From positions 165,354,001 to 165,418,000 of the forward strand of contig OZ024741.1 in NCBI GenBank assembly GCA_964016885.1: a stretch of DNA of 64,000 bases, written 5' to 3'. Positions within the stretch are counted from its first letter, which is position 1; each line of letters starts with the position of its first letter. The translations under genes were made by a program, and so were the position numbers. Below, in pieces: positions 53,207 to 64,000 of the stretch. The notes beneath the pieces are model-generated. The model was not told the DNA's origin. It saw only the letters and a list, made by a program, of their open reading frames with translations, and made no database searches. The stretch comes from Eledone cirrhosa (Eukaryota).

Positions 53207-53461
53207 TTTACGTCCGCTTTTCCCTGCTTGCAAGGGTGGGACGGGTCTTATTCAGCACAGCATCTCTCCACTTGTCACGGTATATATATATATATATATA
53301 TATAGTTATGTAATAAACAACATAAGGCAATTATTTCATTTACCAGTGGTTTCTTAAAAGCAAAAAAAATGTTGCTTTCAATCATCAGAATGAAAAAATC
53401 CTGGTTTATTTATTGACGTTGGATTTAAAAAAAAAAAACAAAAAAAAAACCCCACATATTT

Positions 53462-53512
<51 letters not shown>

Positions 53513-53661
53513 TATAGATATATACACATATATATGTATTGGAATTTTGTATTTCAGAAGAAATATGGTATGTTTAAAATAAACATTTAGAAAGCCGTAG
53601 CCATGCCAAAACACCAGCAACTAACGCCATCTGGCAGTGTCCAGCTGAAGCAAGGGGGACA

Positions 53662-53707
53662 ATCATGGATGCACATTTCGAACTGAACTGGTTCTTATCA
53701 GCACCAT
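53662..53707 (-). ncRNA. Degenerate hammerhead-like motif
   Basis: Minus strand: ATGGTG-CTGATAA-GAAC(cagttca)GTTC-GAAA-TGTGCA-TC-CATGAT; one core mismatch. Confidence 0.55.
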
Positions 53708-53966
53708 CCCTCCCACCGCTTGAACTGCTGGACTTTGAAAACAGGCGAGAATATATGCTTTTCTCGTCTGTGTAAATGAGGTGATTAATCTCATTTGCAT
53801 ATGAAGCTGTATAATTTGGCTCAACTTAGAATAGAATAGAATTACGATTTAGCTTCAGGCATAGTTGTATACAGATATGTGTTGGAATTTCGTCAGTTGT
53901 AAGAGTGGAAAATACAAAATTCCAATACATATTTGTATACAACTATGCCTGAAGCTAAATTGCAAT

Positions 53967-54029
<63 letters not shown>

Positions 54030-54858
54030 AATTTGGTGCAGTCTCAGTTACTCACTTTGTATTTATACAGATATAAATTTATCATACACTTCGGCTGCTA
54101 GCGCACTTCCCACTATAAACCACTTCTTACTAAAAACATATAGTATATGCTTTCATATACACCTCTTATGCACAACGCTACCTTAGAGCTACTGCCAATT
54201 TTATGTATATATATATACATATATATATATCAGGATGGATTCAGTTAGAAACTGGTTAGACCATTACTCACCAGAGTTCTTGATACTAGTCTGGAACTAG
54301 TAGTTTAAATAACAAGAGCTCAGCTATCGGGGTACTGACTCACACACACATACACGTTGGGCTTTGTACAATTTCACTCACATGGCATTGTTTAGTTTGA
54401 AGCTCTAGTAGAAAATGCATAGGGTGCCATACAGTGGGATAGGACTTGAAACCATTTGGTTTCAAAGTTAACTTTTTAAACAGACAACCATATCTAGGCA
54501 TATGGTATAAATATTCTCTTCAAAATAAGAATGAGTATTATACAGCAGTCTGGTTTCTTCTAGTCGAGTTTTTGGCCCTCTGTAGAATAGTCGGATAATG
54601 GGGTTGCCATCTTGGTGGTGAGCCGACATGCCCCGGGTCATTGTTGGTCTGGAACCTCCCCAAGAGACTAGCTTGCTGCCTAGGGTGGCTCTACCAGGAG
54701 CAAAGCTCCAGGCGGTAACACTCTCTTGGATTTATGAAACACACAAGCCCCTCACCACGATGCTTTGGGATCGCTGTCTTACGATGACCCCAGTCTTGTT
54801 GAGCAAGTAGAAGAAGTAGGTTATACAGCAAAGAAAGACAATAGTTTAGCAGTTTTAC

Positions 54859-55034
54859 CTCCAGAAATCTTGCCAGTTTCATCCATTTGAATTGCTACAC
54901 CGAAACCTCCAATTTTGATAGGTGCTGAATTCTCCCGAGTTGATAACAATATACAATGTGGTTTGAGATCCCTATGAATGATATCATTGGTGTGACAGTA
55001 CCGTAAGGCTTCTAACATTTGACGCATATAATGA
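54859..55034 (-). CDS. CASK: CASK exon: [58 protein letters not shown]
   Basis: tttcag|TCATTAT...TCTGGAG|gtaaaa, 176 nt. Has the CASK-diagnostic HRDxKPHC catalytic loop and GFG in place of DFG. Confidence 0.97.
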
Positions 55035-55292
55035 CTGAAATGAGAGAAAAGATTGTAAATCAATCACACATATATAAATATATACGCATATATACAAACA
55101 TACATACAAACATAAACACATACATCCACACGTGCATCTCCTATATATATATATATACACATTTATATATTATATATATACATTTATATATTATATATAC
55201 ATACATTTATATATAATATTATATATCTATATAGTGTGGGAAAATGGATGTAAAACGATGATGATACATATATATATATGTAGTTTAGGGAC

Positions 55293-55384
55293 AGAAGTCC
55301 GATGAGCTTTTGATTCCAGTGTCAGGTCCCGATCGATACAGATGGAACCTTGAGCTGATCAATTGTGAAACGCGCGTTACATCT
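55293..55384 (+). ncRNA. Hammerhead-like motif with long stem II
   Basis: AGAAGT-CCGATGA(55299-55305)-~60 nt-GAAA(55367-55370)-CGCGCG-TT-ACATCT, inside (TA)n. Confidence 0.62.
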
Positions 55385-55426
55385 CAATAAATGTAATGAA
55401 AGTTTAACACTTCGTCCATATTATTA

Positions 55427-55466
<40 letters not shown>

Positions 55467-55627
55467 CAAGACAAGGTCAGCTGACCAGACACTGCCCACA
55501 ACAGAACAACCCGGCTAACCCATGCTAGCATGGAAGAGCTGATGCTAAACGGAAATGATATATATAGATACACACAAAATTATGTAGATGAAATTTGTAA
55601 TAAAAAATAATCAGGAAAATTAATCAC

Positions 55628-55705
55628 CTAGCAACAGCTTCACTGTAGACGAAACCTGCAGTTGCTTTCTTCACAATTTCAAAGCAGAGATCAGCACCTT
55701 CCATG
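55628..55705 (-). CDS. CASK: CASK exon: (F)[25 protein letters not shown](S)
   Basis: ttttcag|CATGGAAGGT...GTTGCTAG|gtgatt, 78 nt, phase 2 at both ends, joining its neighbours in frame. Matches [30 protein letters not shown]. Confidence 0.97.
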
Positions 55706-57576
55706 CTGAAAAATATATAATACCAAATTATTTAAAAATCTATATAGCTGTAATTCTGTAATACACCAGAAAGTGGCAGATTGTATTAGTAGGTATTAAG
55801 CAGTGAGATAATGACTTGTTAACCCCTTTGGTACCAAACTACCCTCAAACTGTCCTTGGTTCGCAATTGTTTGTTTTAATATGTTTATATTTAAAAACCT
55901 CCTGTCATAATTTTATGTAAGAATGTTGTTAAGTTATATTTTAAACACTAACTTAATAATGAGAAAGTTGGTTATATTACTAAATACCTTCAAATTCTTG
56001 ATTGTTTTCAAAATTATTTGAAAATCACAGGCAATGGCTTTATTTAGAAATATCACACCTGCCAACCTCTAAAAACCCAAATGGGGGGTATCATGAAAAG
56101 AAGTGCCTCAAAACGGGGAGAAATGAGGCAAAATGGGGAGATTTTGCATAATAAAAGCTATACCCATTTTCACAAGAGAAGACTTTTCTCACCCACCCGA
56201 AAGTGGGTGGGAGATCTCCCCATCCAGCAGGGAGAGTCAACAGGTATGAGTATGGTAACAAAAAATGTTAATGTGCCATATCTATTTTCTAACACACCAT
56301 GAGCTTCACAACTATATCATTTAAATGTAAAGTGGCCCAGTTTTTCTAGCTGTAAATGGGTACCATCAGGTAGATACATAGTTATTATCATTGCAAAGGG
56401 TATAACTGATTTGTTACATACATACAAAACGTTTAGGGAAAGGAACAGTTATTTATCTTCTTTTATTATTTAATCAGAGAAGGGTGGCAGATTGACAGTA
56501 TCAGCAGAGGGTCAGACACCATGCTTTGCAGAATAGAGTTACAGCCCTTTATGATCTGAGTTCAAATCCTGCTGAGGTTAGCTTTGCCTTTCATCCTTGC
56601 GGGATCGATGAAATAAAGCACCAGTAATGCACTGAGGTTGATTTAATCGACTATCCTCTCCCCTAAAGAAAAGTGTTGGCCTTGTGCCTAAATCAGAAAC
56701 CATTATTTAGTTATAGAGGAAATAGCAGTATCGAAGACCCTCTTCAGGACCCCTGATACTGGTAGTAGGGAGAGTGGAAGGTATTCTCAATCTAGAGATC
56801 TGGTCCAGATTCTTTCAGCTCAAAACCATTATTAATATTCTGCCATGAGTTATGAACAAAAACAATTCTATCTGCCGGGACTGGAGCGGCTGGCGTGTGG
56901 GCTCCCATTTGCATATAATAGTGAGAGATGGGGAGAGCGAGAGAAACAGAGGCAGAGAGTGAAAGAGAGAGAGAGAACATCAACACACACTCGCACACAT
57001 TTTCCAGTTCAAGTATTTTGGTATATTGCATACTCATTCATTCATGAAGTGTAGAGTCTGTCATCCTCTCTCCTTTCCCCTTTCTTTTGTTGCTTAACAA
57101 TCCTAGTCCTTTCCCTCTCACAATAATATTTAAAATGATACATTATGTTAGCCTGGCAATCAAATGAAGACAAGAGAAGGTTTGAGAGGAATCTTCAAGC
57201 AGGGTGAGCAGTCACTATTACTGGCGTCATAATTAAATTCACCCAGTAAGCTAGTCGTAAGTTAGGATTGCCGAACATCTAGTACACCCTGCAAGGTCTT
57301 AATTTTTGTGCCACCCAAAACCTACCAACCCCTCAACCACCCATATATAACTTAGCCTGCTGCCCCCTTACTTCAGCCCCTACATCTAGGACATCCTGCA
57401 AAGTCTTAATTTTTGTGCCACCTAAAACCCTCCAACCCACCAACCCACCAACCACCCACCCACAACTTAGCCTGCCATCACCTTACTCACGCATCTTTCT
57501 AAAACAAGAGATGAACAGATTTTAAAAAGCTCAATAATTAATACAAAAAAATAGACAGATCTTTCTTTAGAACTTA

Positions 57577-57732
<156 letters not shown>

Positions 57733-58942
57733 TTAATGTCCACCTCCCACGCTAGCATGGATTAGACGGGATTTGTCCCACTTGAGTCAAGATTGGTCGG
57801 GTGACCGTGTCTCACTCGTATAGGACTATCTGGCAGGTTTTCTATGGTTGGATGGATGCCTTTGCTAACACCAACGACATTTACAGTGTGGACTGGGAGC
57901 TTTTTACCATGTTACCTACACAACCGCACGCATTACAGCGTGGACCGTGTGTTTTTTTGTCGTGACACCAAATATAAATGTAAATCGTTTTTTTAATTTG
58001 TTTTGCAAGATTTATCTGAAAACGTGTGTTGAAACAGATATTGTTATACTTTGGGAGGGTCATGCTGCCAATAAAACAACACAAAAACAAGATGGTGTGG
58101 GACAGAACAAAGTAGGGACACAAAATAAAAACCCAGTCACTGAGGAGGTCACAGAATGTGTAAAAAAAGAGCTTTGACAATATATAAACAACCTTCCGGT
58201 TGTTGAACCAACCAACTGGAAATTTATAATAAATTGAAGTGAAAACCATCAGGTGCATGTGTTTTTATTAGCAGCATGACCCTCCCAAAGTATAACAATA
58301 TAAATATATACATTAATTGAAAAGGTTTGAAATGATGATTGTACATGAATACTTGAAAAATTGGAGAATTCTCAGCGTGAAGGGAAGCTGTAAACAGCAG
58401 ATAGATACTATATCTATAGTAAAAATTAGGGTTAAGATATAACATCAAATCGAAAGGAGAGTGGGAGAGAGAGAGAGAGAGAGAGGACGAGAGATAGTCT
58501 GAAGCATGAGATGGGAAATGAGAGGGTTATAGAGAGAGAAGGGAAAAGGAGAGGGAAAAAAGCAGGAACGAAAACGATGGAACAGGACTTAATATATCTT
58601 GATTATTTGAACAGATTAAAAGTTTGAGCAAAAAATTTTTGCTTTCACTTTTTTTCCTTGAAAAAATATCAGCAGGCTATCTAATTCATAGGTCACAGCC
58701 AAGTATACCATGATGTAAACATAAGTCATATATGCACAGAATTAAAAATTGCATGACATTTAAATGTGAATTAGATACCAGTAATACACTAAAGTTAATT
58801 TAAGCCCCTGCATGACACACCTTCAAATATCTGTCTGTCTGGTTATAACCATTAATCAACCACACACACACACATATATAATTGTAACATTTTAAAGCGA
58901 AACTTCATTGTGTGTGTGTGTGTGTGTATATATGTATATATA

Positions 58943-59353
58943 TATATATTGGTAAACGGAATAGAAAATGCTGACAAATTGTTCACAGTTGAAAAATGGT
59001 TTAATTAGGAATAAAAGAGTCTTAGTGATTGTATGGGTTAGTATTCAGTTGTGGTTTTAAGTTTTTAAGTTTTTACCGGTTGCGCATTTCTAAATGCTTT
59101 TCAAAAATAATTTTGAGATAGAGTGTCCGTGCTGTTTGCTCAGATCAGAGATCAGAGCAAACAGCACGGACACTCTATCTCAAAATTATTTTTGAAAAGC
59201 ATTTAGAAATGCGCAACCGGTAAAAACTTAAAAACTTAAAACCACAACTGAATACTAACCCATACAATCACTAAGACTCTTTTATTCCTAATTAAACCAT
59301 TTTTCAACTGTGAACAATTTGTCAGCATTTTCTATTCCGTTTACCAATATATA
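58943..59353. repeat. Perfect long inverted repeat (199-bp arms, 13-nt centre)
   Basis: 58943-59141 is the reverse complement of 59155-59353, with no mismatch found by eye. Flanked by (TA)n. Confidence 0.95.
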
Positions 59354-59399
59354 ATAACTTGTGTGTTACACCTCTATTCTTTTAACTATATATATATAG

Positions 59400-59742
59400 T
59401 GGAGGCACATGGCTTAGTGGTTAGAGCATTAGCCTTGCAATCAAAAGGTTGTGAGTTCAATTCTCAGACTGGGTGATGTGTTGTTTCCTTGAGCAAGACA
59501 CTTTATTTCACATTGCTTCAGTTTACTCAGCTGTAGAAATGAGATGATAGGGACTGGGGTCCATATCATTCCACTGCAAAGTGGTCGTGGAGGTGCCACG
59601 GCAAAAAAGCACCCAGCACTCACTGTAAATGAGGTTGGTGTTAGGAAGGGCATCCAGCTGTAGAAATCAAGCCAGAATCAGTTCCCGTCCCACCCTTGCA
59701 AGCAGGGAAAAGCGGACATAAAATGAAATGATGATGAAATGA

Positions 59743-59745
<3 letters not shown>
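59400..59745 (+). mobile_element. tRNA-derived SINE family 2, full copy
   Basis: A box TGGCTTAGTGG, B box GAGTTCAATTC, CCTTGAGCAAGACACTTTATTTCAC core, 3' part TTAGGAAGGGCATCCAGCTGTAGAAA...(GAT)n. Near-identical minus copy at ~11165-11462. The 3' module also occurs at 7190, 7812, 21147, 41052, 57713 and 60085. Confidence 0.9.
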
Positions 59746-59786
<41 letters not shown>

Positions 59787-60436
59787 TTACCAAGACTACC
59801 TAGCGGGTTTGTTTTGTTTACTCTAATTAGTTGTTTTTTTTTTTTTGTTTTTTTTTACTATGGGCTACCTTTTATTTTCTGGAACTATCCTTTGTGATCC
59901 TGTCCCTATTTTGGGACTGAAGAAGGGCTAAAGCCCTACACATCAAACTTTCTTTCCCCTTTTCCATATAAAGCATGAAATTAATATGACTTTGTACCTG
60001 TTTTGTCATTTCCTTGAAGTACACACACACACACACACACAAACATATATATATATACATTTACACACACACATATATTTATATCACCACCGTCTCATGA
60101 CAATTTTCCATGCTTGCATGGGTTAGATGGCAATTGTATGCTGAGGCCTGACCAATCAGGTGACTAGATCCTGTTCATACATTTCATTTTGGTTTCGATT
60201 TCTTTAGCTGGATGCACTTCCTAATGCCAACCACTTAACATCATGTATTGAGAACAATTTATTGTGACTCTGCCACTACCATCTTACAGCGCAGACTGGG
60301 TGCTTTTTGTCTTGGCACCATCATTACCTCATTACAATTACAACGCTAGGTTGCTCAGTTTCCTTTGTTTGGCTGGTGTGTGTGTACACACACACACATA
60401 GTTCATTATGTATGCGATAATGAAGTTTCGCTTTAA

Positions 60437-60525
60437 AACGTTACACATATTTCATAGATGATTGGCTCTAGGTCTTTATCGATGCGATTGACCTGATTCC
60501 AGTATTGATTTGCTCATCAGATGTG
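60437..60525 (-). ncRNA. Degenerate hammerhead-like motif with long stem II
   Basis: Minus strand: CACAT-CTGATGA-~60 nt-GAAA-TATGTG-TA-ACGTT. Its 3' tail TGTAACRTTTTAAAGCGAAACTTCATT recurs on the plus strand at ~58883-58909. Confidence 0.45.
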
Positions 60526-61274
60526 TATACTCAAATCAAAACATTGGTTATCTCATACATAATACATACTCTCAACTATAGCATCAACTGCTCATATTGG
60601 TGCCACCTCCAATAATAAAAAAAAAATTACTAAACAACCTACATTATATATATATAGTTTGGGCGGTGAATTGGCAGTATCGGTGGAGGGTCGGACACCA
60701 TGATTTCCAGCATAGTTACGTCCCTTTACGGTCTGAGTTCAAATCCTGCAGAGGTTAACTTTGCTTTTCATCCTTACGGGGTCGATAAAATAAAGTACCA
60801 ATAATGTACTGGGTAATTGCTGGCCTTGTGCCAAATATAGAAACAATTATATATATATATATAGTTTATTTAGGTTACTCTAGTAGCCTGTTAAACAGTA
60901 GCCATCCCCTGTATGCTACAGGATTTTCAGAGAGTAAAATACTGGATGCATGGAGAAGTAGGGTACCCTAAATGTTAAACTGAGTGGGGTGTATAAGATT
61001 GGCTTAACAGCCATCAGACATGTAGGGAGGGAGGTGATAGTGATAAGAGGTTTGGTATATATCGCTGATATTTATTGAACCCACAAATTGTGGGATGTAA
61101 TATTGATGAGAGACATAAACAAACATCACCATATGGTCTTTAAATTATATTGATATATAGATGCAGCAATTGGCACATACATGATGGGATTCCTTGCAGT
61201 TTCTAATTACAGCATTTAACAAAACTTGGCCTTGGGTCGAAGAAACTAATATTACTGATGCAATATTAGTAACG

Positions 61275-61586
61275 CTAGCTGGCCCAGGGTCGTCAAAAAT
61301 GACGGCTAATTGTAATACCTATACATAATCTAAAAAAGAGATGTTTGTTTGCTGGTTGGTTGGTTAATTGGTTCCTTTGTGCTCACTGACACAAGTGATA
61401 CAAACACACCCCTTCCTTCCTCAGTCGACGTAACCATCCCTTCCTTCCTCAGTCGACATAATCACCCCTTCCTTCCTCAGTCGACATAATCCCCCCTTCC
61501 TTCCTCAGTCGACATGATCACTCCTTCCTTCCACAGTCACCTCTACTGCCTTACAGACAAATACACAAGGCTATTATATTAGTAGA
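61275..61586 (-). mobile_element. Possible non-autonomous Helitron containing a 28-bp tandem repeat
   Basis: Minus strand starts A|TCTACTAATATAATAG and ends with hairpin CGTCA-TTTT-TGACG then CTAG. Repeat CCCCTTCCTTCCTCAGTCGACATAATCA x~4.7 at 61408-61538. Confidence 0.42.
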
Positions 61587-62850
61587 TGGTTTCCATTCCA
61601 AGTTATTTAATGTTACTTAACCTGCTAAAACATTCTAAGTAAATCAGAAAACAAAACATTTTCACACAAGTCATCTTCTTTGCCCACTTATTCCTGAAAG
61701 GGTCGTAGGGGCAGAGTCCTAAAACACTTCTTCCAGCAGGTCCTGTCAGAAGCAACCGTCTCCAACTGATCCAGCTGGATTCCCAAGCGAGACCAGCCAA
61801 GTTCATGGATCTTATCCAATCATCTTGCTTGGGGGTCTACTCTTCTACCGGTTGGTTTTACCTGTAAAATCTGTCCAGTTTAACGAAACATTTTCACACG
61901 AGTCATAAGAAAAAAAAGATACATTGATAAAGCACAACAGTGTAACATTATCCTAGAATCAGATTATTCAAATCATCATCATCATTTAACATCCATTCTT
62001 CCATGCTGGCAAGAGTTTATTTAACAGCTCATCACAGACCAAGTCAGTACTGCTATGGTTTTATAATGTCAATTATATTTTCAAAACAGAAGTCATACGA
62101 TGATGGAAATATTAAAGAAAGATAAACACAAAATTAAGTAATGAAAAAACCAGAAGGTCTGGCTGTATAGGAAAGGACTATAAATGCTATAAATATGGAG
62201 AAAGGACTATAAATGCTATTTCAGGAGAAAGAGAGGGAGGAGAGAGTGACAGGCAGTGCCTAGGTCACGTCAGTGTTTTAGTCTCAGATCGATTTCTGGG
62301 AGTGAGGTGGGGCTGCATTTCATATACTTATATTCCTGTACTTTACAGAATATACTGGCTGCAATATACCATGGCACCAGCATTAGGGATGTTTATATCA
62401 TTGATACAACCGAAGTTTGACATAGGTTCTATGACAAGATGCTCCCCCCAGCCTCCATCTTCATAACTCTAACCTCAGTGATAGAAAATGTCTTAAAACC
62501 TCTTTGATCACAGGAAGGGCATTCAGCCATAAAACACTGCCTCAAAAATGTATCCAGTCCATGCCAGTGTGGAAAAGTAGATGTAAAATGATGATGGTGG
62601 TAAATATATTGTTTCAAGCAGAAATCTTTTCTGTTTACAATTTAACTTGTTTGGTAAAAACCTGCCCAACACTGCCTTTGGTTCTATGATACAAAACAAC
62701 CCGTTTTAAAGGGTTTTTACTTAAATCAAAATCTGCCAACATAAGTATATAAAAGAACCTTTTATTAAGTTGTTTTACAAGTATATTCTTAATAATGAAA
62801 TAATTAATAATTTTAGTAAATCTCTTCAAACTCTTCATTAATTAATTCAG

Positions 62851-63033
62851 GGCGGTGGATTGGCAGTATCGGTAGAGGGTCGGACGCCATGCTTTCCAGC
62901 ATAGTTACGTCCCTTTACCATCTGAGTTCAAATCCCGCCGAGGTTGACTTTGCCTTTCATCCTTACGGGGTCGATAAAATAAAGTACCAGTAATGCACTG
63001 GTAATTGCTGGCCTTGTGCCTAAAGTAGAAACA
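62851..63033 (+). mobile_element. tRNA-derived SINE family 1, full copy with 14-bp TSD
   Basis: A box TGGCAGTATCGG, B box GAGTTCAAATCC, body CTTTGCCTTTCATCCTTACGGGGTCGATAAAATAAAGTACCAG. TSD ATTAATTAATTCAG at 62837-62850 and 63034-63047. About 20 copies in the window (e.g. 1, 310, 12920, 16700, 17580, 25970, 26700, 26925, 27590, 32240, 35670, 43680, 50010, 50180, 56482, 60661, 63045, 63893). Confidence 0.92.
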
Positions 63034-63369
63034 ATTAATTAATTCAGTATCGGAAGAACGTCGGACACCCTGCTCCGCGGGATAGAATTACAGCCCTTTA
63101 CGTTCTGAGTTCAAATCCTGCTGAGGTTAGCTTTGCCTTTCATTCTTACGAGGTCGATTTAATCGACTTTCCCCTCCTGTTCAAATTGTGCCTAAAGTAG
63201 AAACAATTAATACAAATAAAGTGTAATTCATTAGAAATATGGTCAGAAAATGTTTAAAATCTATAGCCTTCTAAACAATTCGAAATAAGAGGTAATTTTA
63301 GATTTAGTTGTTTTTTTTCTTTTCATTTTCTTTAGTCAGCCAAGGAAGAGCAGTGTTCATAGCCTTTTT

Positions 63370-63678
63370 CAGGGCCTCCAATATTGAAAGAAATATATGC
63401 TGGCCTCCCACGCATATCTGTCGTTGTACGTAAAAGGAGAGTAAGATTTACTGGCCACTGCCATCGTGCCACCTATGAGGCTGTGTCCTCATTAGTTCTT
63501 TGGAAACCACAAGCAGTCACTAATAACAGAGGTCGCAAGCTCTCCTTTCCCGATATCATCTCCAGAGATTCTGGTATTGAAATTCAAGATTTGGCAGCGG
63601 CAATGAAAAACAGACCCACGTGGAGATCAATTGTTGAGTAAATTTCCGCTGGGGCTGCCGGATAATGATAATGATTGG
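63370..63678 (+). mobile_element. RTE/RTEX-like LINE 3' fragment
   Basis: KEIYAGLPRIS...RRVRFTGHCHR...LVLWKP...RGR...SRDSG, similar to 11588-11872; (GATAAT)n tail. Confidence 0.8.
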
Positions 63679-64000
63679 AATGAAGGAAAGAGGAAGGAAT
63701 CTGCAAACCAAAGATCTAGCTTAAATGCTCAGAATAGCGTGTGTTCTACAAAAGGTAGCCAAGGGCCAGGTGGTGGTATTAAATTGGGTCACAGATTAAA
63801 TCTACCACAACAGGATTTTTAGTATGCAAAGAACTGGATATAATACCACACCACATCTCATATAATGCTTTAAGAATTCTACTGCCCACAGCTGGTACTT
63901 TATTTTATCAACTATAAAAGGATGAAAGGCAAAGTTGACCAGAACAGGATTTGAACTCAGATTGCAAAGAACTGGAACAAGTACCCTAACTCGTTTTTAC

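Noticed and set aside
59400-59475. tRNA gene
   Set aside because: A and B boxes are present, but the sequence continues into a multi-copy SINE body with no proper acceptor stem.

Overview
Repeat-rich animal genomic DNA. The SINE, MITE and microsatellite content looks like an octopod cephalopod (inference). The whole window appears to lie inside one minus-strand gene, CASK. Five constitutive exons encoding most of its CaMK-like domain lie at 57683-33217, with canonical AG/GT sites and compatible phases. The N-terminal exons and the next downstream exon were not found and probably lie outside the window. A 15-nt candidate microexon (18249-18235) has RBFOX/NOVA-type motifs next to it. The introns hold tRNA-derived SINEs, RTE/R4-Dong/CRE/Tx1-type LINE fragments (two with clean twin-priming-type inversions), hAT/mariner/TTAA MITEs, satellites and one disrupted Penelope-like element (RT + GIY-YIG). 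The most striking unannotated signal is a diverse set of short non-coding elements inserted in (TA)n tracts. Most are fold-back inverted repeats (one perfect over 199 bp), and many carry type I minimal hammerhead ribozyme motifs with palindromic stem III. One copy with an intact core is in CASK-sense orientation. Nearly all ORFs in the supplied track are microsatellite translation artefacts. All structures were read by eye; no alignment, folding or database search was run.
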